Shown: positions 26,219 to 44,030 of the stretch, piece after piece
How the letters are laid out: every line of letters starts with the position of its first letter
Numbering within the stretch: the stretch's first letter is position 1
Position numbers and translations under genes: made by a program
Notes under the pieces: model-generated
The model's database searches: none
Seen by the model: only the letters and a program-made list of their open reading frames with translations
What the model was told of the DNA's origin: nothing
Source of the DNA: Octopus sinensis
Taxonomy: Eukaryota
DNA length: 64,000 nt
Assembly: GCF_006345805.1 (NCBI RefSeq)
Contig: NC_043003.1
Span: 76,508,001-76,572,000 of the forward strand
Direction: 5' to 3'

Positions 26219-27100
26219 GCAGTACACACTTTCTTTGTCATCTGTTGCAGCTACTGCATAAATTACTTAGCTGAAACGGGTGATATTCATGTTCGCCTTT
26301 ATTTCCACTAAGTCTGCACTAACCAGTTTTGCGTTTTCTTTATATTTGTATCAATTTTATCTTGATAGATGCTTTCGCTGATCCAAAGAAAGATCTATCG
26401 ATTTTTGATTTATTAACAATTTCCACCTTTGGAACATATCATATTGAGAATGCTCATCTTTAGAATTATTCTTTTCTTATATCTTCCTCATATTGCTGTT
26501 TCTATTGAACTAGTTCGAACTGCGCTGGTCAATAATTTGTGAAAATACAAGTGCTTGGTTCGGTTGTATTTTTTTTTGTATGTATTTCTATGTAATAATA
26601 TTATCTTGTGTTTATTTTCTAAATGGCTTTAGCTGTAATATTTTAATCTTCATTTCTTTTTCATTTTTATTTTCTATTTTTTGTTCATTGATTATTCTTA
26701 TACGTTCTGAAAACGATATATATTTCTATATCTGAAACCTTTTTGGTTCTTAAGAATTTTAAGCATTGCTTTTAAGTTATATAGTCTGTTGGTCTTCAAC
26801 GCTATTTTCATATCAGTGCTGTTGATATTACATATGATGTAATAGTTTCTATTTGAGGGTTGGGAGCGGAAAGCTGTAATCTATGATTCTTGTATAGAAA
26901 CAAATTCTCATATCTCTTTCTTCCTTCCCTATTTTATTTAAGCGTGTTGGGTACGATCCTTTACCTACATGCCGTTATTTTCATCGTACATTATCATATT
27001 TTATTCTGAAATTTTTTTACGGTCTCCAGTTTCCAAATTCAGATGTTTCAATTATATTAAAGTACACATTTTAAAATTGGGCTTGAATGATACATTATAT
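23913..27100 (-). mobile_element. Highly decayed RLE-type (Dong/R4-like) non-LTR retrotransposon, RT region
   Basis: Minus-strand remnants in the expected order: PGKDK-like; PINCL; ETILHTMHRFSSVIGKKFGLD; ITLILKTEINSK...AVPVISYSYNIIN*KLNELARLDKK; NPKDDTERLF. The upper boundary is approximate. Confidence 0.7.
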
Positions 27101-28194
27101 TTCAATTGTGTATCAAGTTTGCCTACAGGCGACTGAATATCTGTGGTTGATATATCTTGAGGTTTATCAGTGTGTTTAAACGAAGTGGCTATACGAAGAT
27201 TAAGGAAATCATGCGTAATTTATATCAGATAGATAGCAATACCCAATGCACCGATACACTCGTGACGGGCGCTTCAGGTCAGCCCTACATTGTGAGCCAA
27301 CAAAACAATTTTCCTTCTACATTCTCTAACAAACATCCTCTGTACACAAGTTGAAAATCTAGTTAAAATGTAATAAATGGCAAACAATTGCTCTATTTTG
27401 TCTAAGTTTTATTTTTAAGCATTTATTTAAGTTTCCTCATCTAACTTTTACAAGCATGACAGGGTTATATTTATTTGACTAAGTTGTCGATGTTTCATGT
27501 CCAATCGGGTGACAAATCTCACAAGTCCAACCCACTGTTTTCAGTGACATCATCTCTCGTCTTTGTTGGTAAGTTTCCTTATTGCATTCAGGCTAATAAA
27601 TTTCGCTAAAGCTGTTCAGAAATTGTGTAGCAACTTAACGTTTTAATACCTCAGGTAATCGACCAGCTTACTTCTTATATAGAACTGGTCTTAGTTATCC
27701 TTCAGTATTGTCATAATTTTTGTTCCGATTCCTTCGTTTATATTCACAGATTGTAATGGGTATTATTCGAAGCATAAAAACAAAACAGTGTTTTGTTGTA
27801 TATCGACTCTGTTTCTCTTTTATTTCCTGTGTGATCTCTTTAGCTTCCGGTGTGCTCTCTTGTGTTTCCGGTGCTCTGTTTTTTCTAGGTATTCTCTGTT
27901 TCTTTCCCTCTGATTTTATTTGATCTTATTTCACCCTTAGGCATCTGTTTTAATATGTTTTATTGAACTAATTTGTTTTATTCCGTGCTTCTACTCCACT
28001 AGATAACACAGTTTTACGTTCGTATGGTAGATGCATTGTTTCGTTTGGACGCTTTGATTTCTATCGCATAATTCGTGCGTCATAATTCATAATACTTGTG
28101 CCAGGCCTTATGGTGTTATTTTCTCTATATTGTGTGCCTGTGTAAAACCTTGGATTTTAGTTATGCATTTGCCAACGGGGTTTGTTATACTTTA

Positions 28195-28620
28195 TATTTT
28201 ATTTGTTTCAGTCATTGAAATTTAGCTACGCTGAGACCGAAAGAACTGACACGACTGTTATTTTTTTATAAGCCTGGTGGCTATTTCACCTGTCTTTTAT
28301 ACCGAAACGCTAAGTTATGGAGACTGAAACAAACCAATAACGATTGGCAAGCGAAGGTGGTGGACAAACACATACATACGCATACATAGATACACACCCA
28401 CACTCATAAATATGCAATAATTCAATAATTGAAACAAGTAAAAACAAAAAGTAAAGATCTATGTACATGAATTTGCGCCATGTTTATTTCAGTTTCTGTC
28501 TACCAAATGCACTCATATGGATTTGGTTGGCCTGGGGCTATCGTGGACGACACTTACACAATGGAACAGAATTTCAAATTTTGCAGTTAAGTAAATTTCT
28601 TTCCAGCCACCCACACCTAC
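28195..28620 (-). mobile_element. SINE family B, diverged copy
   Basis: tttcagtcatt...ccgaaacgctaag...tctaccaaat motifs shared with 61492-61900. Confidence 0.7.
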
Positions 28621-29099
28621 ACCTATAATGATTCTATCTATATTCAATTCTCATATTCTGATTTCCCTTATTTCTAGATTTTATATTAGGATAATATCAC
28701 CATTCCTTATAGTTATACATCACTGTCAGTTAGAACAGATCGATGTCGGGGCACTTACTGTTCCCTTGCCCTTGGCTTCAATATCCAACGAATTAGCTCG
28801 GATTTATCGCTGTGTTTATATAGAAATATTCCAGAGTACAGTCACGTTTTAATTCTCTCAGCCAATTGCTAGTATATACTTTCTGTTGGTATATCATATT
28901 GCTCGTATAATTTCTAATGCATGAAATTTGACTGAGTTGCTGTCTTGAATCAGTTGTACAACGAGGTTGGGTCTTTGCTGTACAGAATGTTGCCATCAGG
29001 TCATTTCACTCTACATGCTGGAATAGAGTGTCCAATTGAAGTAAATACTCGCAATGTGTAGAGGAATGTTGGAGGATATGTGCGACGATGACTGAAAAC

Positions 29100-29600
29100 G
29101 ACTCTGGATGTTGACGAGCATATTCTGGGTAATCTCTTGTAAATGGATTTACGTCAGCGATTACAAACATTTTCTAGACTCTTTCATATAGAAGCACAAC
29201 AGAGAACATTTGCTTGCTCAGGTCTTAGCGTTTCAAAATTGAGTCAAAATTATAAAGTTCTTCGCTTATTTGCATACTTATTCCCAATACATCAATGTTC
29301 TGACGCAAAATATGTAGGTTGATATACCGCATGTCATAGGAGACTAATATCTCTTATGATGGCAGTGACTTCAACACATTCGGCTCAGTAGCGCATGGAA
29401 TTCTGGAACACCGTTGTTTCGGCATGTTGCGTCTCCTCAACAAGTATTGCCTGAATTTTTGAGCCCAAACCAGGCGACCGGATTTGTTTATACTTGAAAG
29501 TATAAATTGTTTGCTGATCGATGCTTATATCTGCAAACCGATAAAAAAATCGTTATTTGTATCATGTACAGCGAGACTAGGAACAGTTCCAGTTCCCGCT
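29100..29600 (+). pseudogene. Possible very decayed APE-type LINE RT fragment
   Basis: YRSTTENICLLR and DFNTFGSVAH weakly resemble the RSTxDxIFxLR and DFxKAFDSVxH motifs. Confidence 0.3.
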
Positions 29601-31900
29601 GTATAACAGTGCGTATAACAATTTTTGTTCATAAGATTTTATTTGTAAAGTTTATATTTTTCTGTAGGTAACTGGATACCAAGGAATTTTGTCAGTCTTT
29701 TTGGGAACACCCAAGTAGTCCTACCACAACAGGAATAGCATTACTAGTTGTGTTCCACGTAGTTTTTACTCACAACTTTGAATAGTTGGTAATCATTTCA
29801 TCTTCTTTAGCTGATACACTATGGTTAAAAGGTGTACAATACCAATGACGAAAGTCGCGTGGGGTGGGATACTTTGTCCACTAATGTGTTCAGTCACTCT
29901 GTCCATTTACATTTAAAATCCAAAAGTAATTAGTACTATTGTTCTCTCTGCCCTGTGTTCATGCCATTTCTCATGTACTTCTAATCCATAGAGATTACAG
30001 AGATTCCACTAAACATATTGACTCGTTTATTTTTGTAGTATTTCTTTGTAGTTCAGGTGTGCAAGCAACCCACGTACACTGACAATGTATGCCACACTCT
30101 ACAACATTCCGACAGAAACTGAAACTTTTACTTGCAGCAATCTTGTAGACAGACATTTTTATGAGGTTGGCCGGCAGGGTCTGATCCTAAAGTACAACCA
30201 AACAATATGAAAACTTCGTTTGCCTTTTTAGTTCTTCCCTTCTTAGCTACGTCCACGCGTCGTCAATCTTCGCATTCTTACTTTCCTTTCTAAACTCCCC
30301 ATGTAGGTGCATTGATCTCCCACGCCCCACTCCCTCCCTCTCTAACTTCACTTCGTATGAATCTTTGGTTTCAATTTCCTCTTCTTTCAACTCCATTGAC
30401 TTTTTAACTTACTGAAGCAAATTCACCTTGCGTAGCAATTAAAATCCAACTTTCATCTTTCTGCAGCAACATATCCCGATGCACTAAACAACTTACTTAC
30501 TGCCGTGTATCGCTTCGTTTAAAGGCACACCAGATTGCTATGCGAATGAGAATTTGAATTTATAAAACAATTTCCTTGAGCCTCGGTTCTTCAATCAATT
30601 TTCTCCAGCCGCCATTCATGTAAGGCTGCACTGAAATACAAAGCCGTAGACGAGCTGTTGATAACATACACGAGTTTTCTGAAATTAAGCTTAGTCTTCA
30701 GAATCCTACCCATATTTGTACTCGCTCCTTCATCCTTCTCGATATTATATCGTTTAACTCCGGTAGTCCTAGATACTTATACTCTGCTTTATCGTGATCT
30801 CTCATTCTTTCTCCATTCGGTCATATCATTTCACTGCTGTTTTCCTGTTTCCTCTGCACATTGTGATTGTCACATACTTTGTAACGGTCAATTCCATCTA
30901 TATGTCCATTCTCGCCACATACACATTTTGCTCAGAGAAATCACACCTTTTTTTCTGATTTTGCGAATAGGTTAAGTTCATCTATAAAGAGCAGATGATT
31001 AACGAATCAGAGGACTCAAGCCAATGGTCGAGAACAAGAGAGAAGACGAGTGTCATCTTGAAGGACAGTTGAAATTAATTGTTGATTTTTTCAGGTTGTC
31101 ACTCATTAGATTTTGTACATATTCAACGATCTTAGATATGTTGAAGGACTTCAGAATACATGGTTGCGATACAATGTCGTACACTTTTTTAAATCTACCC
31201 AGACTAGTGGCAACTTATTTTCCACCTTTTGCTGTTCTCCAGAGCCGTGACAATGTTCTACTGAGCAGACAGTAAGTTATTTGTTTTCAGGTATATATAT
31301 ACACTTGTTCAACAATTTTTCCTCTGTTAATTTTCCATATCAAATTAAAGCATGCAATTGGAATGTAATTACTGACCACTGGACACTTGGATATGTTCTC
31401 CATGATACGGGACGTTCGTCCTTCAAACATCCAGCTTGATAGCACACCGATAATTTCAAGAGATTCCCTGGTCTGGCAGTAGTATTGGGATAGACACTGC
31501 ACATGGCATTTCGAACAACTACGCGCCTTCGAAATGCTCGAAAGGCAACAAAACTGAATGCGCTCGTATAATGATCGAGCATCACTGATTTGGCATTACC
31601 TGTGGTACGGATCCGTTTAACGGCCGACTTCATCGTGAAGAATACCCCACCATTTTCCTTAATCCGGGTAGGGTAGGGAATTTTCAGTTGTCTAATAGCT
31701 CTCGTGAAAGTGTCTGCCTGAAAGACTGCAAACAGATACTTTCCTCTTCGGTAAAGCCCTCATCGACACTTTCAACTTCCATTTTCAACATGCCTCTTAA
31801 AACGAGTCTTAAGAGGCATGTCCTGCTCTCAGTAAATTTGTTGACAAATGGGAGAATATGGCGAAGATGACTTGTGTAAGTGAACCCTCTCTCAACTGGC
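29600..31900 (-). mobile_element. Decayed RLE-type (Dong/R4-like) retrotransposon: RT, zinc-knuckle region and RLE
   Basis: WMFEGRTSRI...SNYIPIAC; FKKVYDIVSQPCIL; NHLLFIDELNLFAKSE; YLGLPE...ILKTKLN; DQTLPANLIK; WNLCNLYGLEVHEKWHEH; SAKEDEMITNY; AIPVVVGLLG. Confidence 0.85.
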
Positions 31901-32149
31901 GTGTGTAGACTAAGAAGTAAAGAAGATTGAGAAGGGCTTGCTGTATTACTCTTGATGTGTATGTGGCTTGGAAATTGTAGAGTTTCCTGGATGTCGTTTA
32001 CCCCTATTGAGGAATTTCGTTGTCAGATTTTCCTTGCCAATTGTTATAGTTATTTTTTTTATACAGTTTTATGTAAATCTCCAATGTCTTTTGTCTTTGC
32101 ATCGTCCAAAATGTTACTGCAGCTATAGTGGTTAATAAAAAGATATTCT

Positions 32150-32880
32150 TATTATTGTTGTTATTATTCTACTTAACTCAGGTTTGGTGATAACCTTCGT
32201 AGAATTTATGTAGGTAGCGAGTTATTACTCAAATAGTAAATAGCCGCAAGTTTTCAATAACATGTCATGTACTCAAAATCCTTCTACTAAGATTTTCTGT
32301 TCCTAAGAGGCAAACTTACTGTAGAAGCTGTATATGTCATTTCAATACAATCTCATTCAACTATTTGTGTATATTATTACAGTTAATCCACAACATTTAC
32401 AGTTCTCATATTCCAAGTACTTTTTCAACCCGGTGATTATACCAAGTAATTCCAGCTTCAACCCACCATTTCTCGCTCAGTTTCCAGTGCAAGACTTTCA
32501 CTACTTGGTCATACCACCGTTTCTCATATTCTCTCTGAGCTAACACGAAACATTCTGCAATAATATGTGCCATTGTTTCATCCCCAATTCCACACATACT
32601 ACATTTTGCGGATACTTTCTGCCCATACACATATTTTTTGAAGTTGTATATTTTTAGCGCTTGAACTTGCGCTGCTATAATAAGGCTCCCTGTTTCTTTT
32701 TTCAATTGCTATTTTTTCAAACAGGCCCAGAATCAGTGGATTTCCAATACTGACTATGCAAAAGTTTCTCATCAATCTGCTTAACATACTTTGTTTGAAT
32801 TTCATTTTTATCCTTTTCTCCTATTCAACAGGTTTTTACCGTTTTTTTTTTAATTCACCGCTTTATTAATTTTCCCATTC
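32150..32880 (-). mobile_element. Dong/R4-like 3' fragment with a zinc-knuckle-like motif, internally deleted RLE and TAA-like tail
   Basis: ORF 32406-32705 KKETGSLIIAAQVQAL...CSMCGIGDETMAHIIAEC...LHWKL; ends VCLLGTE. Confidence 0.9.
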
Positions 32881-32884
32881 AAAC

Positions 32885-33185
32885 AGATGTGAAGTTATTA
32901 TTTCAAACAGATGTGAAATAATAAACCAGATGTAATAATCATAGAGAAGAGAAACCGAAGTTGCTTATAAATTGATTCATCATGTCCGTTTGATTCCAGG
33001 GCAGTAAAGAAGGAAGATGAAAAATTAAAGAAATACAAGCCTCCAAAATTTGAAATTGAAAGTATTTGGAATATGAAAACTGTAAATGTTGTGCCTATTA
33101 TAATTAGTGCAGTGGGAAATGTGAGTAAAGATATAGACAAATGGTTGAAGGAGATTGGAATAGAATGTTCTGCAAAGCTTATCGT
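32885..33185 (+). mobile_element. Dong/R4-like RLE (PD-(D/E)xK) domain fragment, opposite orientation to the adjacent copy
   Basis: PDVIIIEKRNRSCL*IDSSCPFDSRAVKKEDEKLKKYK...SIWNMKTVNVVPIIISAVGNVSKDIDKWLKEIGI. Confidence 0.9.
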
Positions 33186-33773
33186 TCCATGTGGGATGAA
33201 AGATTAAGCCGATTCGGCGTCATTTGAACTCAGATTGAAAAATTACCAGGCTAGCAATTTCATTTTTTATCTTAAAAGCAAACACAATAATGATAACATT
33301 TGAATTATAAACAGTAAAAGAAACTACGGCGACGCTAATGATGATGGTGATAAGGAGGCTAAAGTGTGGGGGGGAAGGCACAAGTGGAGATGGAAGAAAC
33401 AGGAGAAGGAGGAGGTGTAGAAGAAGAAGGAGGAGAAGAAGAAAAAGAAAAGGAGGAAGGAGAAGAAGATGATGATGAAGAAAAAGAAGATGGAGAAGAA
33501 GAAGAAGAAGAAGAAGAAGAAGAAGAAGAAGAAGAAGAAGGGAGGGGAAAGAAGAATTGATGATGATTTTGGTGGTAGTGGTGACGACAACGACGAGATG
33601 ATGATGATGATTAAGATGAAGATGATGATGACGGTAGTAAGAAAAGCAGCAGCAAGAGCAGCGGCAATAGTAGTTGTAGTCGTAGTAATAGTGGTGGCAA
33701 TTGTGATAGTGATGGTTGTTGTAATAATAATAATAATAATAATAATATAGTAATAATAATAATAATCATCATC

Positions 33774-33831
<58 letters not shown>

Positions 33832-33847
33832 CAACAACAACAACAAC

Positions 33848-33896
<49 letters not shown>

Positions 33897-35239
33897 TCAT
33901 GATGCCTTCTAAATGATGCAGCTAAATGAAGGTTGAGAAGAAATAAAGGATTTTTATGAACATTTAATTTTTTTACTTGTTTAGTTTGTTTTTTTTTTTC
34001 AATAAGAATATAATTAAAGAAATAAAAAGAGCTTTGTCTCGAAAAAGTGATTACTGTTACCCTAACATTGTTAATTAGAATTTTTCGGTTAATTACATTT
34101 GTTAGCTGACTATCTAAAAGATCAATGAAGTTACATGTTAATAGCTACACTACTTCAAGAGCAAACAGCCATTAATGAATAGTAAAACAATATATAAATA
34201 AAAAAACATGAAATAAAATATGAAGTGAAATGGAGAAATCTAAAATAAATACTATTACATGCTTCTGCTGCTGCAATTACTGTTGTTGTTGTTGCTGTTG
34301 TTGTTTAACCTCAGGTCAAGCTTGATCAAGCAATCATACAATCAAAGGCAAATCAGCCGTAACCGTTCCGTCCTTTGTTTGAGACATGATGTAACTTGGA
34401 CCTACTTTTATCCAAAGGTTACATAGTGTTTTTCTTCTTCAGTTCTTAGTTAAAGCGGTTAAAGTTTTGGTTGTATAAGATATGGAATGGTTCATATGTA
34501 TCCTTGCTAAGTATTCCGTTATTCCCGAGCAATTTTTACAATAGGATGCCTTTATTTTATTTTATTTTTTTTTACTCAGACGATGACTTCTCCGACAGAC
34601 AAGCCTCTTGGTCAGGGAAGACTTCTACAATTTGGGCAATTTATAATGTATCGTGTATCGATAAACTAAGTTGATTTTCCATTCGGTGCATATATATTTT
34701 TTTCCATCTCACTGCTCCCTGCGGTTGCCTTATGAGGGGCTTTCGACTTTATCTACCTAATGGAATTTCTTATATACATGCATACTCACTGACATACCGT
34801 GCACACGCACACACTCACATACGCGCACACAAACAAACACACACATACACAAACACACACTCAGTGTGAGCAATATACATACGTGGAAAGAGGGAGATTG
34901 CGACAAATAGAGAGGAGAGAATTACAATGAGTCGCTGAATGCGATTTTGTGATTCACTATTCAAAAAAAAAATAATAATATTAGAAAATGTTACGGAGGT
35001 TTAAATTTTTATAATATTTTTCCAGTCAGTAAACAGGATTTGGAGGCTAGTATTTTCTGCGTGAAAGATGTCTATCACAAAATGAAAGTAAAACTATGAA
35101 GTTTTAAATGAAATGAAAGTAGTAGCATGTCATATCAAGAAAGAGAATAGAGAGCAGCTACGTGAGAAATATACATATACAAAGAGAGTATGATAAAAGT
35201 GTGGTAAAAATATATATAGAGAGAGTAAAGACGTAAATG

Positions 35240-35696
35240 ACAGACAGAGTCTCGTGGAGGCCAATAGAGACGTGTAGATTTCTCAATCTAAAAGCTGCAC
35301 GAACATCTGCAATGTTTTTTTTCCTCCGTTCTGCTGTTTGCGGGTCTCCCTGAACTTTCGTCAATATCGACATTGTTTCGGCCATCATGCAAATGACTGA
35401 ACCAATCATACACTTGTGTGCGGTTCATTCACTACTCTCCGTACACTTTCTGCAATATTGTGTAAGCCGCTGAGCAGATATAACCATGACAACATTCACT
35501 ATCATGGTCAATGCGATGATCACACGCTACACACCTCCCTTCCAACCACTGCTGTACATAAAAGAATGCGCCAGAACGTTAAAACAGTGCGCAAGCACAG
35601 CAGAGTTCAAGTTCAAACTTTGCTAAGATGTATCACTCTGCGAGCCTTAACCTCGGTACTGTAGCAATAGTCCGGATACCTATTTATCAGACCTCG
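35240..35696 (-). mobile_element. mariner-like element 5' fragment (TIR plus HTH region)
   Basis: TA|cgaggtctgataaataggtatccggact terminus; translation AYTILQKVYGE...RTQVYDWFSHLHDGRNNVDIDESSGRP. Confidence 0.8.
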
Positions 35697-35859
35697 TATA
35701 TATATAAAAACACGCTCGGTATTACCGTTTTCTTTAACACTGTTTCCAGCATCACCCCATCAGCTTTCTTAAACTCGCTTAGCCCTCACTTAGATCCATG
35801 GCGTTGCCTTGTGATCACAATTCTTGCTAATTCTAAACCATTATTTTATCTTTTTAAAC

Positions 35860-37115
<1,256 letters not shown>

Positions 37116-38979
37116 GAAGCAACCTTCGAGTTATTTTGTTTTTTTCTACAAGGATTAGAAAGCTTAAACTGCTCTGCAATGTGTGAATCTGAGAAAGAAA
37201 TATGTTCAATAATACCATAACTGATCATCATTTAGAATTTATATTTCTAACTATTTTAGAAGTGATATTCGAATGAACATCGTGGGCGGCTATGCACAAC
37301 AAAAAGCAATCCAAAGCCAGGAACTTTTCAGTACACTCTCATAATTTATATATGCACCAATACACACATATATATGCACACATCTACGTGTGAGAGCGTA
37401 TTTGTGTGTGCTAATGTATATGTGTGCCTGTGTGTAAGTGTTTGTTTTTAGAAAGAGAAAGACTGAAAGATAGATATAGGTAGAGAGAGAGAGAGAGAAA
37501 GAAAGAGAGAGAGGGAGAGTGAGATATAGACAGACAGAATGATAGGTAGATAGATATTTTGATAAATTGATAATTGCATGCCAGATAATATTCACGGAGA
37601 TTAATCAGATGTAATTAACATTATTACATGTTGGATGTCAATTCTGTGTATTTTATGAAATATTAAATTCCCTTGCGTATTTGGAGATAATCTCAAATTT
37701 TTTACCTAAATGTACACATTAGGGATATTTTATATTGAAAATGCGAAATGAAATATTACATTAACACTATAAGGCCTCTTTTAGAAGTAAGGTTTAACAC
37801 ACATAAAAGTTATTCAAACGAATCCCATTTCTGTTTTTCAGAGGAGAATGTGATCAAAATGTTGCTTTTTGTTGCGCATAGCCGCCCATGATATTCATTC
37901 GCGTAGCACTTCTGAAATAGTTCAAAATATAAATTCTAAATGAATAACGCGAACAGAAGAACGTAATGAAATCAATTCCTTTAATATAGCTGCCCACTCT
38001 TTTGGGGGTTTTTTGTTTGTTTTTTATTCGCAATATTTCTTACCAAAGCGTACGACTTCTTTCTCTCTTTCAACCTTACGCATTTATTAGTAATAGAAAA
38101 ATAGAAAAAGGTGGGATGTGATTTTTACCCCATAAAATATTACCTATAAGTGATATAAAGAGCAGCGAGAACATATCACATTTTCATATTTAAAACACAG
38201 AATACAAAAAGACGTATCAATATACCCCAATAATCTCTGGTTGGGTTCCAAGTGAAGATTCGAGATTTTTTTTTTCGCGCAGAGACTGCAGCATATATTT
38301 GGTTTGTTCACAGTGGGAGTCGAACAGATTTAATTCGATAGAAAATATGGAATATCAATCCAATATAGCCGTTCCTTGTTGCTGTTGTTGCTGTTGCTGT
38401 TGTTGTTACTGTTGTTGTTTTTGTTGCTGTTTGTGGCGTATATTTATAGGCTTGGTATATTTTTATCTTCTTTACCAATACAGAAAAACATTGTAATCTT
38501 GAATCAATTCCCTCAAATCTAACTCAGCAGTCATCTTATATAACGATATTTCATTGCAATGATGTACTAAGTTTGGTTCGATGAGAGTCAGAGAAAGACG
38601 AAGACAGGATAACGGAGAGAGAGAGAGAGAGAGAGAAAATGTGAGAGAAGCAATAACAGAGATAAACCAAATGAAAAAGCAAGTAAACAACCTGTTCAAA
38701 ACATCTAAAATAAGAAGTCACCATGGAGATATATCATAAGGCTAGGTTAGAGAAGTCATGAAAAGCTACCATTGAAGCAGACTAATGAGCAAGTATATCT
38801 GCTGTAAGCAGAGGCTTAGCGTCACACAACTTTCTATTGCTGATAAGCTGGACGGCAAAGACATCAGAATATATATAAATCTGATTAATTTTCTAGTGAC
38901 ACACGACAACGATTCAAAAGATTCCACTTCCAATAGAATAGAGAGATTTCGTTTCGTTTGATACATATTATTCATTTAC

Positions 38980-41150
<2,171 letters not shown>

Positions 41151-41915
41151 ATGCATAGATCCAGGTAAACATAGACGCAACGCAGACATAGGCACACATA
41201 CACACACGCGCGCACGCGCAGGGACACATGCAGGCTTGGACACGAACTCACCCATGCACACGAACACCGCGAAAGAGAAACTAATACTTCGTTCTGTGTA
41301 ATATCGTGCGAATGTGGTGTCGCTGAGAAGTTAATGGTCAGTAAAAGCTTGAACTGTCATTGGTTAGTGTCTGTGGAATTGGTTGTGCTTTTATCAGCAG
41401 GGCAGCAATGTCAGGCTTATTAAAGAAAAACACGTAGCGTTTATTCTGGCAGTAATGATCAGATTGCCAAGGTTTACAGTACAAACGAAGAGAAATTCAA
41501 TGATCCCGTGTGAAGTCGTTAAGTAGGCCGTAAAATGGAATGCGGCAATAACGATTATTCTTTACCCTACAAAATCTTCAGCCTAAATTCTACCGCTCTT
41601 ACCCTTACTTCTCCTCTCACACTCACTCTCTCTGTCTCTTACACATTTGCTCTCTTACACATTCTCTCTCTCACACTCTATCTAACTATCTATCTATCTA
41701 TATATATATATATATATATATATATCTTTCTATCTTTCTATATATCTATCTATCTGTCATTCTTTCTTACACGCGCGAACACTAGCACTCACTCTCTCTC
41801 TCTCTCTCTCTCTCTCTCCTGGTCTCTTTGTATATCTATCTGTCTCTCTCTCTCTCTCTCTCCCTCTCTCTGTAACAAGATCTGTCCTATATTCCCGTTA
41901 TTCGTTCATTTCGTC

Positions 41916-41946
<31 letters not shown>

Positions 41947-42556
41947 CTCTCTCTCTCTGTAATATGGTCTATCCGTTATTTCCGTCATTCGTCATCTCGC
42001 TACTCTCTCTCGCTATTTCTTTCTCTCACTCTCTCTTTCTTTCTTCCTCTTTCTTACACTTTTTCTCCCCCCCCCCTCACACACTCTCTCTCTCGCTCAT
42101 GCCCTCTTACTTTCACATTGCCTACCTCTTTGTCTGGCTTTTTATATTTCGCTCTCTTGGAGCCAGATATAACTGGAAATCATACAGAAACTTCAGAGGA
42201 TATGGCCGACCTTCCTATTTATTGGATATACGTGTGTATGTGTTTGCGTGTGTGTGTATGTGTATGTTTTTGTGTGTGTGAGTGTGTGTGTGTTTGTGTG
42301 CATGTGAGTATGAGTGGGCGTATATATATATATATATGTATATACTAGCATATATGCATCATATATGTTTACACACACATATATGTACACAAACACATTT
42401 ACACGCACACATATATATGTGTGTGCGCGCATTTTTGTGTAGGATTGTATATCTGCGTGTACTTGTGTATGTGAATTTGTATATGTATACTTATATATCT
42501 ATATATCAATACGTATATGTAAAAGTCGTATAGACATACACTATATATATGAACAC

Positions 42557-42711
<155 letters not shown>

Positions 42712-42778
42712 TATATATTGTATATTATATATATTCACACACATATACGCATATACATATACGCAAACACACATACAC

Positions 42779-42823
<45 letters not shown>

Positions 42824-43332
42824 CATATATATATATACATACGTGTATGTGTATTTGTGTGTATAAACACAAATACACACATACACACACAGACATATAT
42901 ATATACATACATGCATGTATGTATGCATATACATAGTTATATACTTTTGCACATGCGTAGATATATGTACACATACTTCGCGCATATATTGAATAGAAAG
43001 ATAGAGTGGGGGATATAAGATGGGGAAAATGTGAAAGTCTCATATAAGTGTGATATAAGAATATTTACCATTGCTCCCAGGAGCTTTATCACACATCACT
43101 GCAATCAGCTATGATGTTCGCTATAGCAATCAAACGAAAGCTTTTATTGTCACTATTCCTTTAAACCGCCAACTGATCACTATCAGAGTTATAGTCGCTA
43201 AAAATGGCGACGGTGTGGCAGAAAACTCTGAAGTTCTCAACCAGATGCGCTGTTCGTTTACTTGTATATCTCTCACTCTGTATTTCGAGATCAACTCCAG
43301 CCAATATCAAGTTTTTTTTTTCCGTTGTTCAG

Positions 43333-43405
43333 GCGTCAGACGTGTGATCTTGGTTGGATATACTCCAGCGTTTTGCCCACACATCACCTCCCATACAACA
43401 GCTAC
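43333..43405 (+). CDS. Candidate 73-bp exon
   Basis: ttttttttccgttgttcag|...TAC|gtaatt; two frames open (RQTCDLGWIYSSVLPTHHLPYNSY or VRRVILVGYTPAFCPHITSHTTA). Confidence 0.3.
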
Positions 43406-43434
43406 GTAATTTAATAAATTAATTGTTAGGGTAG

Positions 43435-43668
43435 GTAGCGAGCTAGCGGAATCGTTAGTACGTTGGAAGAAATGCTTAGCGATATTTAGACCGTCGCTAC
43501 GTTCTGAGTTCAAATTCTGCTGCGGTTGACTTTAACTTTCATGCTTTTGGGGTCGATAACTTACATCGACCCAAGTTGAATGCTGGGGTTGATGTAATTG
43601 ACCTAATCCCGTCACCCAAATCTGAGGCCTTGTGCTACCAGTAGAAATAATTATTGTTGTTGTTGTTG

Positions 43669-43724
<56 letters not shown>

Positions 43725-43726
43725 TC

Positions 43727-43767
<41 letters not shown>

Positions 43768-44030
43768 GTATTAGTATTATTATCATTATTATTATTTCTA
43801 TTATTATTATTCAGTATTGATGAGCAGGTAGATACGTTAGCTTGCCAGACAAAATGCCTAACGGTATTTCTTCCGGTTTTACATTCTGAGTCGAAATTCC
43901 ACAGAGGTCGACTTTGCCTTTCCTCTTTTCGCGGTCGATGTAATATGAATGAATCAATCAGTGGGGCTTGATGTAATCGACCAGTCATCTCACGCAAAAT
44001 TTCAGGCATTTTACCCATATTAGAAAGGAT
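43435..44030 (+). mobile_element. Two SINE-like family A copies (about 43435-43640 and 43820-44030) separated by (ATT)n
   Basis: Family motifs ttctgagt(t/c)(c/g)aaattc...gtcgactttgcc. Confidence 0.75.

Noticed and set aside
34580-34674. Strong acceptor followed by DDFSDRQASWSGKTSTIWAIYN (similar orphan acceptors at about 38283, 48471 and 49571)
   Set aside because: No convincing donor and no recognisable homology, so not supportable as exons without RNA data
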